64,000 bases of DNA from Trichoplax adhaerens. Lineage: Eukaryota > Animalia > Placozoa. Where the stretch lies: contig NW_002060943.1 of the NCBI RefSeq assembly GCF_000150275.1, positions 12,423,533 to 12,487,532 on the forward strand, given 5' to 3'. Each line of letters starts with the position of its first letter. Position 1 is the first letter of the stretch. The notes under the pieces are model-generated. The model searched no databases and had not been told where the DNA came from. It saw nothing but the letters and a program-made list of their open reading frames with translations. Positions 12,210 to 25,996 of this stretch are shown here, piece by piece. The position numbers were made by a program, and so were the translations under genes.

Positions 12210-15200
12210 TAACTACTCGGCAATAGTAATTGTACGACTAGTAATTAATACGGATATCTCTCGAAATTAATCTTCATATGTAAATAGGATATTCTGAAAG
12301 ATTTAATGGAAGCAATATCTATTCTATTAAATGATAACAGATTGTATTTGTATATCTAGTAACCTTTCAAAAAGCGTTATTATTACTAAACTAAAGTAGT
12401 TTAAGATAATAAAAGTTGATTGTTAGATCATGGCAATTCAATATTGATATATATTTTCACTATTATATCGGATTTGCTGGCCATTCTTACCAGTAAATAG
12501 AATCATGACATTTGATAATGTATTCGTTATCGTATTTTTCAGATAGTTGCTTCCAGTTTTAAATTATCTTATTTATAATCATTAAATGCATCGCCTTTGT
12601 TGACGAGATAATTGTGGGCATTTGTCACTATGATAAATTGTAAAAGTACTATCAAGCCGGCAATAATAAACTAAAGTTAGCACCAATTTGCACTTTAGTT
12701 TGATAATATAATATTGTTAATGGTTTATTCATCCAACACTATCCTATATAATAACTCACAATTGAGAATAACATATCTGTTTCCTCCAAGGGGTGATTTT
12801 TTCTAATTTGTTGGGTGTCAGCTCTCAGTTAGAATATACTGTAATAACAACTTGGATTAGTTTGATTGATGAATCCTGTATTCCATTGGATGTATCCTTT
12901 AGAAGGATGCCTGTATAGATGTCATTGCACGTATACATATAAAAGTGAATATAAATTTTGTTGAAAAATTGAATTAGTTATTCATTAGTCTAATGTCGTG
13001 ACTAATTTATCATTATTATGAAAACTATACTTTGCATCAAATATGCCTCTAGCTGCTATTAATTTCTCATCTATCGATGAATATTTGCTGTCTTACTTTA
13101 CTTTCTCAATTGACAATGTTGAATTAATTGTCATGTAAAGTAATCATTTTTCCATGCAAAGTCTTATTACTGCTGAAAGTATTAGCCATTAAAAATAACA
13201 TTACAAAATAATAAATCAATTGTAGATGTGCATTAATTTATATAAGGTAGTTCAATTGAAAAAGTTGCTTGGCTGCAAGAAATGAAAACTGGATTTATCG
13301 ATTTATCTTTATCATTATTTGTAAATAAATAGCAACTTTTACTCGAAGTATCGATAGATATATTAGCGAATATAAGATCAATACAAAGAAAAGATTATCT
13401 TATCCTTAATAATTTTACATATTTCAAAACATATAGATAGTTTACTCCGCTTATAAAGGTGTGAATGGAAGCATTTGTTCGTATCAAGTTATATTGGGTA
13501 TTAAACGGCAAAGATCATGAATAAAGATAGAGTTGACTTAACCGAGTCGATCTTAATTTGAAGACTTTTGGCATTAATTTTAATATTGCCTAGGCAAGAT
13601 TTAGTCATGATTCGATTCTAGTCGGGCTCAGTTACCATATGATATAATCGCTTACTAGGATAGTTAAACCCTGCATTATTAAATACTTTATTCGTTGCAT
13701 ACTTATCAGGGATACAATAAATGTAAATTTACACAATTTTATAAATACAGAAGAATCGTTTGTTATTCACCTTTATTCTGGAAATCTTGAGGCATTTTAA
13801 TATAGTTGACTAAAAGAAAGTTCTAAATTTGACGTTATTTCAGTGCTGATTCTACCAGCTAGGTATATCAATCCCACCCTGTTAACATAGTGCTATTTTT
13901 ATATTCCTTCCATTAGTTTCAAAACATTACGGGATTCATGAATAATTGATAATAAAGCTTAGCGGAAGGCTGTAAACCTAGCTAGGAAGCTTAGAAATTT
14001 AATATTTTACTGCTTAAACAAACACACTAGCCAGTTAAAATTACCAGTCAAGATCCATGTAAGATTTTACTGCAAAATGATAGCTGGTATCTTTGAATAG
14101 TACTTTAAAGCAGCTACTTAGAAGAATCCAACTTATTTAATTCGTCTTTTTCTTAGCGCATAACAATGATATCAATGAATTAGAAGTCAGGTCTAATTAG
14201 GATACGTATATTAAGTTTGAATGATTGGGGTATTTGATCTCGCAGTGTCTAAATTCTGTATTGACCATAATTACAATTAATTCATAAACCAGCGTTGATA
14301 ATATTCTTGATAAAATACGCACATGATATCGATTTCTTGCATAGTTTTCCGTACCAGTAAAAATATTTAATACAGGATGAAAAAGATTTTGTGGGTGTAT
14401 TTAATAGCGGCCTATATGAACTGCAATATCGTACTATGAATTACTAGAAAGTAAGCTTTTTACTAGCAGCCAGTACTACAGAGTGCAAACACCAACCTAT
14501 CGGTTTCTTTAGTTGAAATTGTGATGTTCTGTAGCAATTAGCGAATAGCCAAGTGCTGTCAATGTCTTGTTCAAACCGTTGGCATTTCCCTTACTTTTCC
14601 TTGCAGCGAATACAAACGATCGACAACAACCAATCGTTGCACTGCCAGTTAGGTTAAAAAAGCGGCATTTATACGGGCATTTTTGCCATTGCTTCGAGGA
14701 GTTCGCTGCGATAAATAGGTCTTATTTGTACTAAAACATACGCTATTATTTAGCTAGGTTTCCATCAAGCTGTCTTATAATTATTGATTGACGATTGCTC
14801 GGTGACTTCGAGTATGAAAAAATAAGGAAGCTGGTTTATCGAATACTTTCATTTCTTTCATGAACCAAGTGATAGATAACTTGATATACTCGTATACCTT
14901 ACATAAGCCTTCAATGCGGCATATCTACAAGTATATCTATAGACTATTGTTACAATTTTCCATTGTAACTAGAAAACTGGTCTTAATCACTATCTTTACT
15001 AGTACTCGTGTTCCCAACTAACTTACGGTTCTATCGTAGTTGAACTCATTCTCAACTACACAAATAAACTACTAATGAGTAATAGGTTTAAATACTTCAA
15101 TTTATTAACGTTAATCTTAATCGTAAAATGTACCAAAGACAAACGTGAGAATATCCTTAGCAATAATAGTCAAGTGATCCTGCAAGTGACTAAATGGAAC

Positions 15201-17771
15201 TGAGCAGCTAAGCTAGTGCTCGGCTTTTATAGTCTCGGCCTACGCCGATGGTGTACTTGTGAATATGCTTGACATAGCGTCTTACACTGTATAGCAGCAT
15301 ACATATCCTAGTATAAGGTGTTATTAATTAATGTTTACTGACTAAGCGTGTTAGCTCCGACACGTCAACAGAATTGAACTTTCTGATACCTTGGCAATAA
15401 CAAGTACTTATTAATAAACATTAATATCTAATAAGCTACTGGAGCAAACAACAATTTAAATGAGATATTTTAATTAACATAGCAATAAAATGGTAGATCT
15501 TCCGGTTGGTTTAGAGATTTACGAATGTTGGATGATATACTGTAAAACGAATAAAGTAGAATTGATAATTTCACCATACTTACTTTAACGTTGACTAGAT
15601 TACTGCAATGGTGTGAAACGAAAACGTACGTGTTACAGCTAGAAATGCTGAAAAAGCCTACATTCTCCTCATAATGATTCTGCCTTCCTCTTTTTAATTA
15701 ATCTTGAAAATTATTGTCGAGAATCTCTTCTATGTTCACTAAATATCGTTTATTGTTGGACCTCGGTGAGAAAATAGACGCATCTTGATTACTGTATAGC
15801 ATTCTATCTACAATTTTGACTCTATTGATACCAGGATAAGCATTTTCTTGCAGTACTTTAATCAATCGTCATAATTTGCAGCAATTATAACCATCAAATA
15901 TGGACAAACCCGCAAGACACCATTTCGCTTGTTGCAAACGGCATCAATAAAGGCGAACAAGCTGAACACTACTTAAGACTAGCGACCTTCATTTGCAGTT
16001 TTTTTGCGCCCCGATCCCGAGAAGTTTCAAGCAGAAAATGAAATTTTACTCTATCTCGAAGACCGACTTACTCAAACTATTGTCTAAATGCTGGTATACA
16101 CTCCAGTACGCCAATTCATGATGCCTGAGTCCGCTCGAACACCAAAATTGATATCCTGCCAGGGACTGCTTAATTCCTTTTTTCATAGTTTCCATAATAA
16201 ATACCTTAATTGTAATTCAGCAGTACATTCATACCCAAATCTAGTCCCTAACTCTATCGAAAACATGCAATAGAGGAAAAGGAGGAAGAGCGATTGATAT
16301 TTGAATTGGTACGTAGTATAAATTACTAATACTAGCAGCATAAACTCTAAATGCATATGTAGAATATTATTCCTGTACGGCAGACAGTAAAGAGCGAGGA
16401 GTATTTGCCGAAGGTCGTCTGAAAATATAAACACTCCATTGCATACTGTAGATTACGATATCATGCTTTATTATTTTAATAATATCATTACGGCTCCTGG
16501 CAATATATTTATTGCATATACTGTAATTGACGATATCGATCTACGCGAATTACAGAAAAAGTAGCAAAATTTTAATATTGGCGCTCGATAGTGCGTATTT
16601 GTTTCATATAGTAATTGAAAAGCTATTCATACATCAACAGTTAGCTGCTCACTCACACGAAAGGAACTGTCAACTTATTATTCAATAATTAAGTGATTGC
16701 CATATAGATATAGCCCGAACCTTATTGCAAATGATGTAAATTGCTTGCTTTACTTTCTATTTTCAGTCAATGAGGTCATAGGTATCATTTAATGGTGTCA
16801 ATAAACAATATGCATACTTTTATTCAATTTTATCTTTATCATAGCATCCAGTAGCAAAATTCTTTGGCAAATACTGATATAAAACTAGCATTGAATGCGT
16901 GTCTACTAGAGGCAATGTACTGCATAAGTTTCTATTGGGATAGCACGTTGCATATGCTGTTGTACCATAAAATGAATTCGCTTTCATTGCACGCAGAACG
17001 CTCTACAGTTCAGTATGATTTTCAATATTTCCAATCATATCGTCTGTTCTGATGCTGCGTGTCTAGTTATACAAGATTTAAGTTAACTTATGATTGATTC
17101 AATTTTAATCCTTGTGACAGTACGAGAGTAGACGTCGAATCAATCATGAAGAGGCTAATTAAAGATGAGGGAAATGGTACAACTCAAGTGACGCTCTATA
17201 GGGCTAAAAACATAATATTGTATAAATGAATGGATAGAACTATAATTACTGGACAATTGAAATCTAAATTGATTGTTTTTATGAAATCTTTTATGCCTAC
17301 TAAATCAATTACTGTACATCTAAATACGATATATATATCTAAAAGATAACTGTAGAAGATGTCAATACCGAGTAATAAAACGTATTATAAGCTCATATAT
17401 GATGTTAAGTTATAACGACATGACTATGTTGGTTTTCAAGCACATCAGAATAGTAAAATTCTTCATGATTGTAGTAAAGCACAGCAGATATGTCGGGTGT
17501 AAAGATGAGATATGGCAATGACACCAAGCAGAGTTAGCTAAGTTAGTATTGTATTTATTACAACTAAATCCATGTATTGTAGATGTACACGGACGATAGC
17601 CAGCAAGCAAGTATTAATTCGTCAACGGAATGCTTTCGGGAATACGGTATGACAGTAATGTCAGGCTTTACTGTCATTCATCCCTATGCGATTTTCTTTC
17701 AACTCATTTACACAAGCTGATGTCGGAAAAGCATATGCAGAGTCCTTACACACAGTAAAAGACATTAACAT

Positions 17772-19238
17772 TTATAATTTGGAGTATTTGAGCTCCGATT
17801 CAAACATGTCCAATTTTAAGGAATGGAGGACTTCCGGTGATAAATTAGCTTTGGCTAATTGTTTCTCACCGAATTGAATTGCAGATTTAAGGAGCTGGTC
17901 GCCCGGTATGGCCAAATCTACAAATTTACTTTTGACTGCTTCATCGGCGGTGAATCGTTTGCCAAGGTATACAATATCTCGTAGAACATTTTTATCGCTA
18001 ATTCTGTACCTAGAAAGGGTTCAACAGGATTGTTCAATCGATTTGAAAGAATAAATCGTTCAAGTTATGCGATATTCATCAGGCTAAATCAATACCAGTC
18101 TGCCATTCCATAAAATAAGCGTGTCAATCATGAACACAGCCAATCTGGCTTTACTGTTCTAACTAAGGCATGACTTGATGATGATTAGGCCTGATATTGG
18201 ATATTGAGAGTAGAACGTTGCAAAAAGAGTTACTGCTGAAGATGCCTTACCTATAAATTTGAGTCCAAAACGGAGGAAATGTCATCTTTAGATGTATTTC
18301 AGGTAAACAAAACCAGCCTCTCTCCTTTCTCATAATACGATAGTCATGAGCAAGAAATAACAGTCCTCCACCAGCAAAGCAATGTCCTGCAATTTGGAAG
18401 ATTCATTACACCGAAATAAGCATGTTTATATCGTGGTATGAAAACAGGATATTGTCAACAATTGAAAATTCAATCTATCATATTTCAACATCAAATGTGT
18501 ATTGACTGCCAGTATTGCAGACGATTCTTTGACCAATAGACTCATATTATATGCTGTCTGTTTCTTACGTAAACGAACCGTTAGCAGCAGCAATTGTCGG
18601 CAATTTGAATGTCAAGATCCTAGCTAGTAAATTGTTTAATGTAAACCGAAGTTCAGTCATTCGCTGGGCAGTCTGATCTTTTAACCAATCGAGATCCAGG
18701 CCATTTGAATAATATTTGCCAGTTCCAGTGGTTATTAAGACCTTGGCATCATCATTTCTAGCTCAACAACGATAAAAAAAAAGGGTTATTGGTTTAAAAA
18801 GAAAACGATCCTATCAAGAATGCTGTCTCCATTTGCATATCGCGATCTTGCATGCTCCTCCATTGAAAATGGATTGCATAGTTAACGATCAACCATGAGA
18901 TCCACCCCAGAGTCAATAATAAAGTAACTGCAATCCGATGAAATTGATCATGTACTACTGCATCAAGTGGGCACACCTCTAGTATCACCTGTGGATGATA
19001 CCCTACTCGTCTATTGAAGTGTTTCAAATCATTGGACCCGTTGTGGTCCAGACCGGGCCCACAGCTGATCCTGTAGCTGTTTGTTTATTGAAGTCAAAGT
19101 CACTTACTTTTCAACTTCGTCCAGAGCAGCGTGGAATTGCTTTACGAAATCATCATTAATACGATTTTCTCCAGCATCCATAACTATGATGGAACAGGAA
19201 CCCTCATATTCCACCCGAATATTGACTTTTGCCTTCAT
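17772..19238 (-). CDS. Peroxisomal delta3,delta2-enoyl-CoA isomerase (crotonase superfamily); exons 19238-19108, 18757-18579, 18386-18251, 18009-17772
   Basis: Phase-consistent GT-AG splicing gives MKAKV..GENRIN..LDEVEK-NDDAKVLITTGTGKYYSNGLDLDW..LPTIAAAN-GHCFAGGGLLFLAHDYRIMRKERGWFCLPE..GKRFTADEA..ELKYSKL*. The C-terminal SKL is a PTS1 signal. Confidence 0.9.
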
Positions 19239-19474
19239 GTTGGACTCGTTGAACGCACGATGATCGATTTGAACAGCCGCGACCACGTAACCAACGATGG
19301 TTCAGTCACCAAGTGCTGACTGACAAGGATATCGTGTTACCCTCGACCGATGACCCCTATTAAGCGCTTGACCTGCCGTAACGACGACCGCAAAAGCAAG
19401 TTGAAACGTTACCAGTGATACCGTGACGTACCACGGCTTGTACCAGATCAGTTGTTGCTTTACTATCAAGATTT

Positions 19475-19581
19475 CAGTACAGTACAGTACAGTACAGTAC
19501 TGTACATACTGTACGTATCGATAAGGGTACAGTACTGTATTACAAGCCTGCGTAATGTACTGTACAGTACACTGTACTGTA
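19475..19581. repeat. (CAGTA)n / TACAGTA-TACTGTA cluster upstream of the isomerase gene
   Basis: Five tandem CAGTA units followed by multiple TACTGTA/TACAGTA copies. Confidence 0.8.
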
Positions 19582-22500
19582 AGTCACGTTTCCGGATCGG
19601 TTACAGACGTTTCTTGGGCGTGGCGAGCCCTAGATTATGGTTGGATACTGTTCAGTGTTCAGCCATAGCCCGTCATGAAGACTTTCAATTTGAAAGGCAT
19701 TTACTCGGAATAGGATAAAGTTGCATGCATACAGATCATGACAACCTTGAGCAATGGGTACTCGATGTTTTTTAATTAATTTCGACTGTATTATTGAGTT
19801 TTTTATTTTTGGGGGAAATTTCAAATACCAACCATCAGTCACTGTTACGTTGTACAGTACGATCGATGCAACTAGTATACGAGCCATGCTGAAATAGCGG
19901 TCTTCCAGGTTACGGCTATAGCCCGAATTTCGGCTATGATGCATAATAGCTGGCTAAAGACTGAATCAAGACTACATATATACTTTAAGCAAAATAATTT
20001 GCTAATGAGCAATGAAACAAGCTTCATTGATATATAGGTCACGGTACTAAATGAAGTATTTAGCATGCAATCGATGAGAAAAGAAGTCAAGTTATCCCTC
20101 GTCCTGCTAATCTTGCCTTACACTGGACAACATGCTATTAGGACAGTATACTGCTCCATACCAACGTTCAGGTTTCTACTATAGTCCATTACAGTACTGC
20201 ACGCTTTGCACTCGCCGAACCATCACATGATGCAATTAGTCATGCGCAGAGACAACAACGACCTTGTCCATTTTCTCAGCACCGTCGTACGGCCATCTTG
20301 AAAACCACTAGGCTCCTCACAAAAGGTAATACTAAACTCCTATCATTATAATTCAAATCTTCGTTGAGTTTATGATTCTTTGCTGGATCAGTAGTAAATG
20401 ATAGAAAGGAATAAATACATTGCACTGTCGTTGAGCTAGTTCATGATAGAGTAGGAATGTTGAAAGTGACATTGTTGTCAGGCTCTTGATGGTCTTCATG
20501 CATTTTTTGGGGGCAGTACAGTAGTAGAAAAATGTTTGCGCGTTTGACCGGAATGGTAACCAACCACTTTCGTGGTATATGGCCCCATCTCAAGCCGTTG
20601 AGAACAATCTTGTTTGGCTTTGCTGTCTCTGGCTATATGATTAGTAAAATTCCACAGACTGGTAGGTTTACAATCTTTGCACTTTGACAATTTTTCAAAT
20701 ACGCATATGTTCTGCTAAGGCCAGCCGCCATGTTGTCTTCATGACGCTCATGACAACAGGCTGGTGCAGCTAAGTTTGTTTCATAAAGTTAACTGCTAAT
20801 CTACTTATCCTCAACTTAGCATTGACGTGTCGTGCTATAAGATATTATTGCTGGAGATATGTAACTTACATCCTAACCCAACGAGTATGTTAGTGAATAA
20901 TCAACTTTATAGAAATTCCATAATATCGTCTACAGTATGCTAATTTCTTCAAGATGCCTGTCCAGTTGTGAACTTGCAAGTCGAAACTGGACATTCAAGA
21001 ATACCGTAATATCCAATAGTTTTATCATCTGCTATACCATAAAAGTGAAGATGATAGACTTGTAATAATGATATACAGTACACTATGACAGTTTGAAACA
21101 AATTTCGAATCCCGACGTTCTTGCATGAAGATCGTATATAATGCACTTTCAATAGACTCGGTATGACCTTTCTCATTAGTTCCTCGAAACAGACGAATTA
21201 TAATTAGCCCTTGCGATATTGATGTCAGCGTAATTTATAAAAAATGCTATTAGCAGCTCGAGCAACGAGTTATAATTATCATGCAATACTGCTAAAGAAT
21301 TCACTGCTCTGATTTTTTTTCTCCTTACGTATCCTGCATGGAACAGACGAAATGAGAGCTAATTCAGGTAATGTAATAAATTTAGATGCATTAGTAGGCC
21401 ATGCATAAGGAAATGATTGTCCATTCGGAATGTAACGTACGTATAATCTTATTCTTTATTGACGATTTTAGCATTTGTTGAAGAATGTACAAGGTTCAAG
21501 GGCCCCGGCAAGAATGTTGGCGTTAATCACTAATAGATGTTATAAACCAATTTTGATGTAAAAGTGCTTTCAATTACTGTTCTTCCTCTTATAGTGGAAA
21601 TTTTATTATTGTCTTACTGTAAAGCTAAAATTGCGCATTAAAAGCGTCAGTGGTTTATAAAATAAATAAAGATCAATAGATAACGCTGAATCTATAAGGT
21701 TAAATATAATTTTATCTTGGCAATTGCCACAGTCTGGATGCGTGGATCGAACGCCCTTCATCCATTGCTGTTTTGAAGTTGACTGCCTACGCTGTAGGCT
21801 TATTAGGCAAAACATGTATCAGCATTGGGACAATGTTGACAGCAAGCCAAAAGCGGATGATACTATACGTTCGTTGAAGTATAGTACAGCCTAATGGATA
21901 CTGGTAGCCTTCCATCATGTGATTTACATCGATACAGTGCATAATCATCAGACTGAGCCTGCAAACTATTTCTGACATCTCTTTACAAGTTAGCACTCTC
22001 TCTATCCATCAGTTAAAAATACGAAAATATTGCAATATTGCCTTGAATTAATGGAATTGATATAAAAAAAGAGTACATCGCTGGGTTAAATGATTTCGTT
22101 ACTGCCGTAAATGCATGCCCTTTAACATGTATGAGTAAGAAGTGTAATCGGCAATAATCGCAGGTAAACACATATTGCAGACGAATTCATTTCAGCTTTT
22201 ACTCTATGTTTAAGCGATCTATTCGTAGGATTGTGTTCATGGTAACACATGTAATGTGGGTGTAATTTAGAATACAGTAAGTAGTCATTACTTACGTCCG
22301 AAACGGTTAAGAAATAGCAAGCATCGCCACTAGTTATGTTTTGCAGTTTCAATCTACTGGCCACTTGATCAGCAACAAATTAAGTCACTGTGAGTCGTAA
22401 GATGTACTGAAATTACATGCATGCTGCACACAATGAAGTAGCCAAAGCCATCGATAGCAATTTTTATTAATTATCATTATAAAAATACAATTTATTATTG

Positions 22501-22912
22501 AATCACTTATACGAACAGCAGCATGCAAATTTCGTTATGTTGAATTATTTTAAAACTAGTTCAAATTTCTAGGACTCAATAGCTGAAATACTTTTTTTGG
22601 AGTGATAAAGTTGTTCTACCAATATAATATCATAAACTGGCAGATAAAATTTAGGCCGTTAAAGTCAAGAGTGAAGAATTACAATTAAGTCAAGGTTCAA
22701 GTACTGTACGTTGAAGGTATCAGATTGATATCTTTCTTAATTTCTAAAAAGCTTTAGTTACATTATCAAAATACAGGATTCCCAAGCTAAAATGGAGAAA
22801 GCCGACTATAATCTGGAGTGGCATTTAACTTTCCAGGTCATTAGTTTAATCATCTGCCTAAAAGTTCGTTTTGCTAAAGTATATCCTTGCCACTTACGAA
22901 TGGAAATCTATA

Positions 22913-25622
22913 TTAATGTAAACCTTTTATAAATTTAGCTGTGCCATTATGAATCGGTGGAAACCTAATCGGTTGGCTGTCATCACACTCATGGCTGCTA
23001 CCTCCATCACATGAACGCGCCTGAAATTCCTTATCTATGCAAATGCGTATGTCGAAGAGATACTGGCCATTATCACCCTGAAAACATCATAGAAAATAGT
23101 TAACAAAATTGGCACAGTTCTTCATATCTACTCTAGAAATTTAACAACCAACTAACTTGTAAGCAGTCCACAATTGGTTCAGTATTGTACTGTTGCCCGA
23201 TGGCTTGTTTAATGTCACTCAACTAAATACGAGTATAGCATAGAGTTTTGCATGTATACTGTTAATAATCATTGCATAAAGCAGATAGCAAGATTGCTCA
23301 TAAATATGGCTAGGGAAGCGTTAACAACGGAAAATGAAACATACCATGTATTGCCGGTTGTCTGATGGAACAATGTTTGCATCATAAAGTGCACTAATAG
23401 GAATAAATTGTACGTAACAAAGACGTCATTCTTACGAGATCGGTATTAATGAAATTAATGAGCGTGAAATGGTAGGACAACAAAACAGTCAATACAATTC
23501 TAAACTAACCTATCAATATTAAACTTCTTGTTGAGCTTCAGTGTTGTCGAAAAGAATTTTAATTCATCTCCCAATGCTGCTAGACTCATGGCACAGGTAC
23601 CATGCTTAGTCCATTCGTGTTTCCTTTAATTTAATTTTTTTCAAATTACAAATATACATGGATACAAGGTAACTCTAATATTTGCATTTTATCCGCTCTA
23701 TTTCACTACAAGAAATACTGAATCAAAATCTATAATATCAATACCAAAATGACGAAGGACTTTCATCACTGTATAAATTCGGCCAAAATCGATCAAGCAT
23801 AGGGATTAGACTCTATCACATCAACGATAATAGTATTAGTAGTCGTGAAACAGTGCCAAGGTACTTCACAAATCCACAAAATTCGAAAACGTCATACCTT
23901 TATTTTATTAACATCGAATTTATCGTCATCATTACAGTAATTAGGGCCTTCAGTGTGTTCCTTAGTCGGCCTAAAAGATAGAAAGGAGCGACATAGCTAA
24001 ATAATTAAATCGGTGCGGTTATTTCTACTTCATCATCGTGAAAAGTTTATTGCATTAATAATAACCATAATCCATGGATTGTCCAATTATGAACCACGTT
24101 CGGCACAGAGCAGTCATGTCTCTGAGCATCCTGCCGTATAGATACAAATATAGGCACAAGTTAACCAGTTAATAAAGCATGATTGCGTTTGCTATACTGT
24201 TGTAATCGAATGGATACTGTAGAGGATGAATTTGTATGATACAAATTGGATAGCATTTAATTTAAATTTAGACGGTTTGACATTGGAGTAATATACTGTG
24301 CAAATTCTTAGCATCGTTATAAATCTAAAATTCTCATTTCGAATCATTAGGTTCATAGATGACATTGATGGAGATTAGAAATTTTACATGAAAGACAATA
24401 TATATCAGTGAAACGATGCCATACTGCAGTATCAATGGATAGTTAATTCGTTAATAATAGCTCCATGGTTGGTAATGATGTAATCGACCTTGTAACGAAC
24501 ATATTCCATATCTACTAATTTAGTAATCTTACCGGAGACATACATGCTACAGCTGGCCATTCTCTTACAAATAATAGATAATCCCAGCTATGATCGTGTG
24601 AATGGTGCCTGTTAACCAAAGTATTTCTACAACAAACAGCAGTAGTAGTAAACCATCGTTGTCAATATCATATCATAATAGATAACTCGAAAGTAATTAA
24701 AAGGTTATTTTTATATCCATTTCTCCTAGACTATACAGTCTTATAATTATCGTACCATTACCAACAATTACTGGAAACTTAAAAATATAAATGTCCATTG
24801 TAAGCTCATTATGCTGAATGGAAATAAATTGTTGCCTAAGTAAAACTATGTCACTACAGTAGATACTGTAAGTAATACATTTCGGCCATTAGTAATTCTT
24901 ATATTTTATCGTATTTCTAAATAATCTGCATGCGAGAGAATGATCTATAAGAAAACTTTACCTCTTATACGATGTCGCAGTTGCTACCAAACAGCAAAGC
25001 AGAATTGCTGCTAAGGCTAAATCGAAAGTTTATGGCAAGATCGTCCGAGTCATCAGAATTATTTTTAGGTGGCAAGAAAGACAAATATATCTTAGTACTG
25101 TGTCATAATTGATAATAAGAGGGTATCAACTGATTCAAATATCCTACTAGCATACTTTAGATCAATCGTGCAAAAGCGTAATCTCGTTCTAAAAGATGAA
25201 ACGCTCGATGTCTACTTAGAATTGATTAAATTAATTATTGTACAGCGTACACTGTACTCTGTACAGTATTTGGCAATCACTGATTGAGCGATTTTTGTTC
25301 CAACTCATACAGCTTGTCTAATTCTTACATACTGTAGTATTGGTGATAATTTAGGCTAATATTGCTGTTCCAAAAAATACAGTCGATTTTTGATACTTTC
25401 GTATCGGTGTAGTAGTAATGAAGGAGAATCAGACTCGCATCATCCTGAATTGGTTTATTAGCAAAAGGAGTAGCATAAAATAACCCGTCATTTACTACCA
25501 AGTTTCATCAACATTTCTATCAACAGCTTTGACAGGATTGAAAAATGAATCAGCCATTGCAAGCAAGATCGACGATATGAAGACAGGATGGAAAACTACT
25601 TACTTTTTCCAACAGTCGCCAT
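22913..25622 (-). CDS. RNASET2: Secreted/lysosomal ribonuclease T2; ~10 exons (25622-25604, 25016-24962, 24608-24532, 24130-24066, ~23970-23898, ~23812-23744, ~23623-23510, ~23394-23345, ~23222-23156, ~23078-22913)
   Basis: Signal peptide MATVGKTLAAILLCCLVATATS; WDYLLFVREWPAVAC; CAS I WTIHGLWP; CAS II FWKHEWTKHGTC; C-terminal LFDIRICIDK..C..C..IRFPP. Confidence 0.93.
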
Positions 25623-25877
25623 TTATTTCTTATTCAATCCCTTCTTCGATGACAACAATGTCAATAACCTGAACTTGAGCGGTAAATATTTAGGCTTGTC
25701 TAGTAAACTGTATAACGGAAAGTTACGCTAGGTTAAGGTCGCCTTGGGTTTAGTTCTCCTGATGATCATATGATTGATGACAGTACAGTACAGTACTGTA
25801 CTGAGACCACTATAAACACAATTACAGTACCTGCATGTGACTAATGGTATAAAGAGACAATTGCGAAACTCGCTGTC

Positions 25878-25996
25878 GCCTACGACCACATCACGTTGAA
25901 TACACCCGTTCTCGTCTGATCACGGAAGTTAAGCAACGTCGAGTGAGGTTAGTACTTAGATGGGTGACCGCTTGGGAATACCTCATGCCGTAGGCT
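25878..25996 (+). rRNA. 5S rRNA gene, copy A
   Basis: 119 nt GCCTACGACCAC...GTAGGCT with internal AGTTAAGC and GATGGGTGACC elements. TATAAA at about -30; oligo-T terminator at ~26009-26017. Confidence 0.97.

Noticed and set aside
19050-19082. SRP RNA Alu domain (CCGGGC..CCTGTAG)
   Set aside because: Resemblance is limited to a few bases; no S domain follows.
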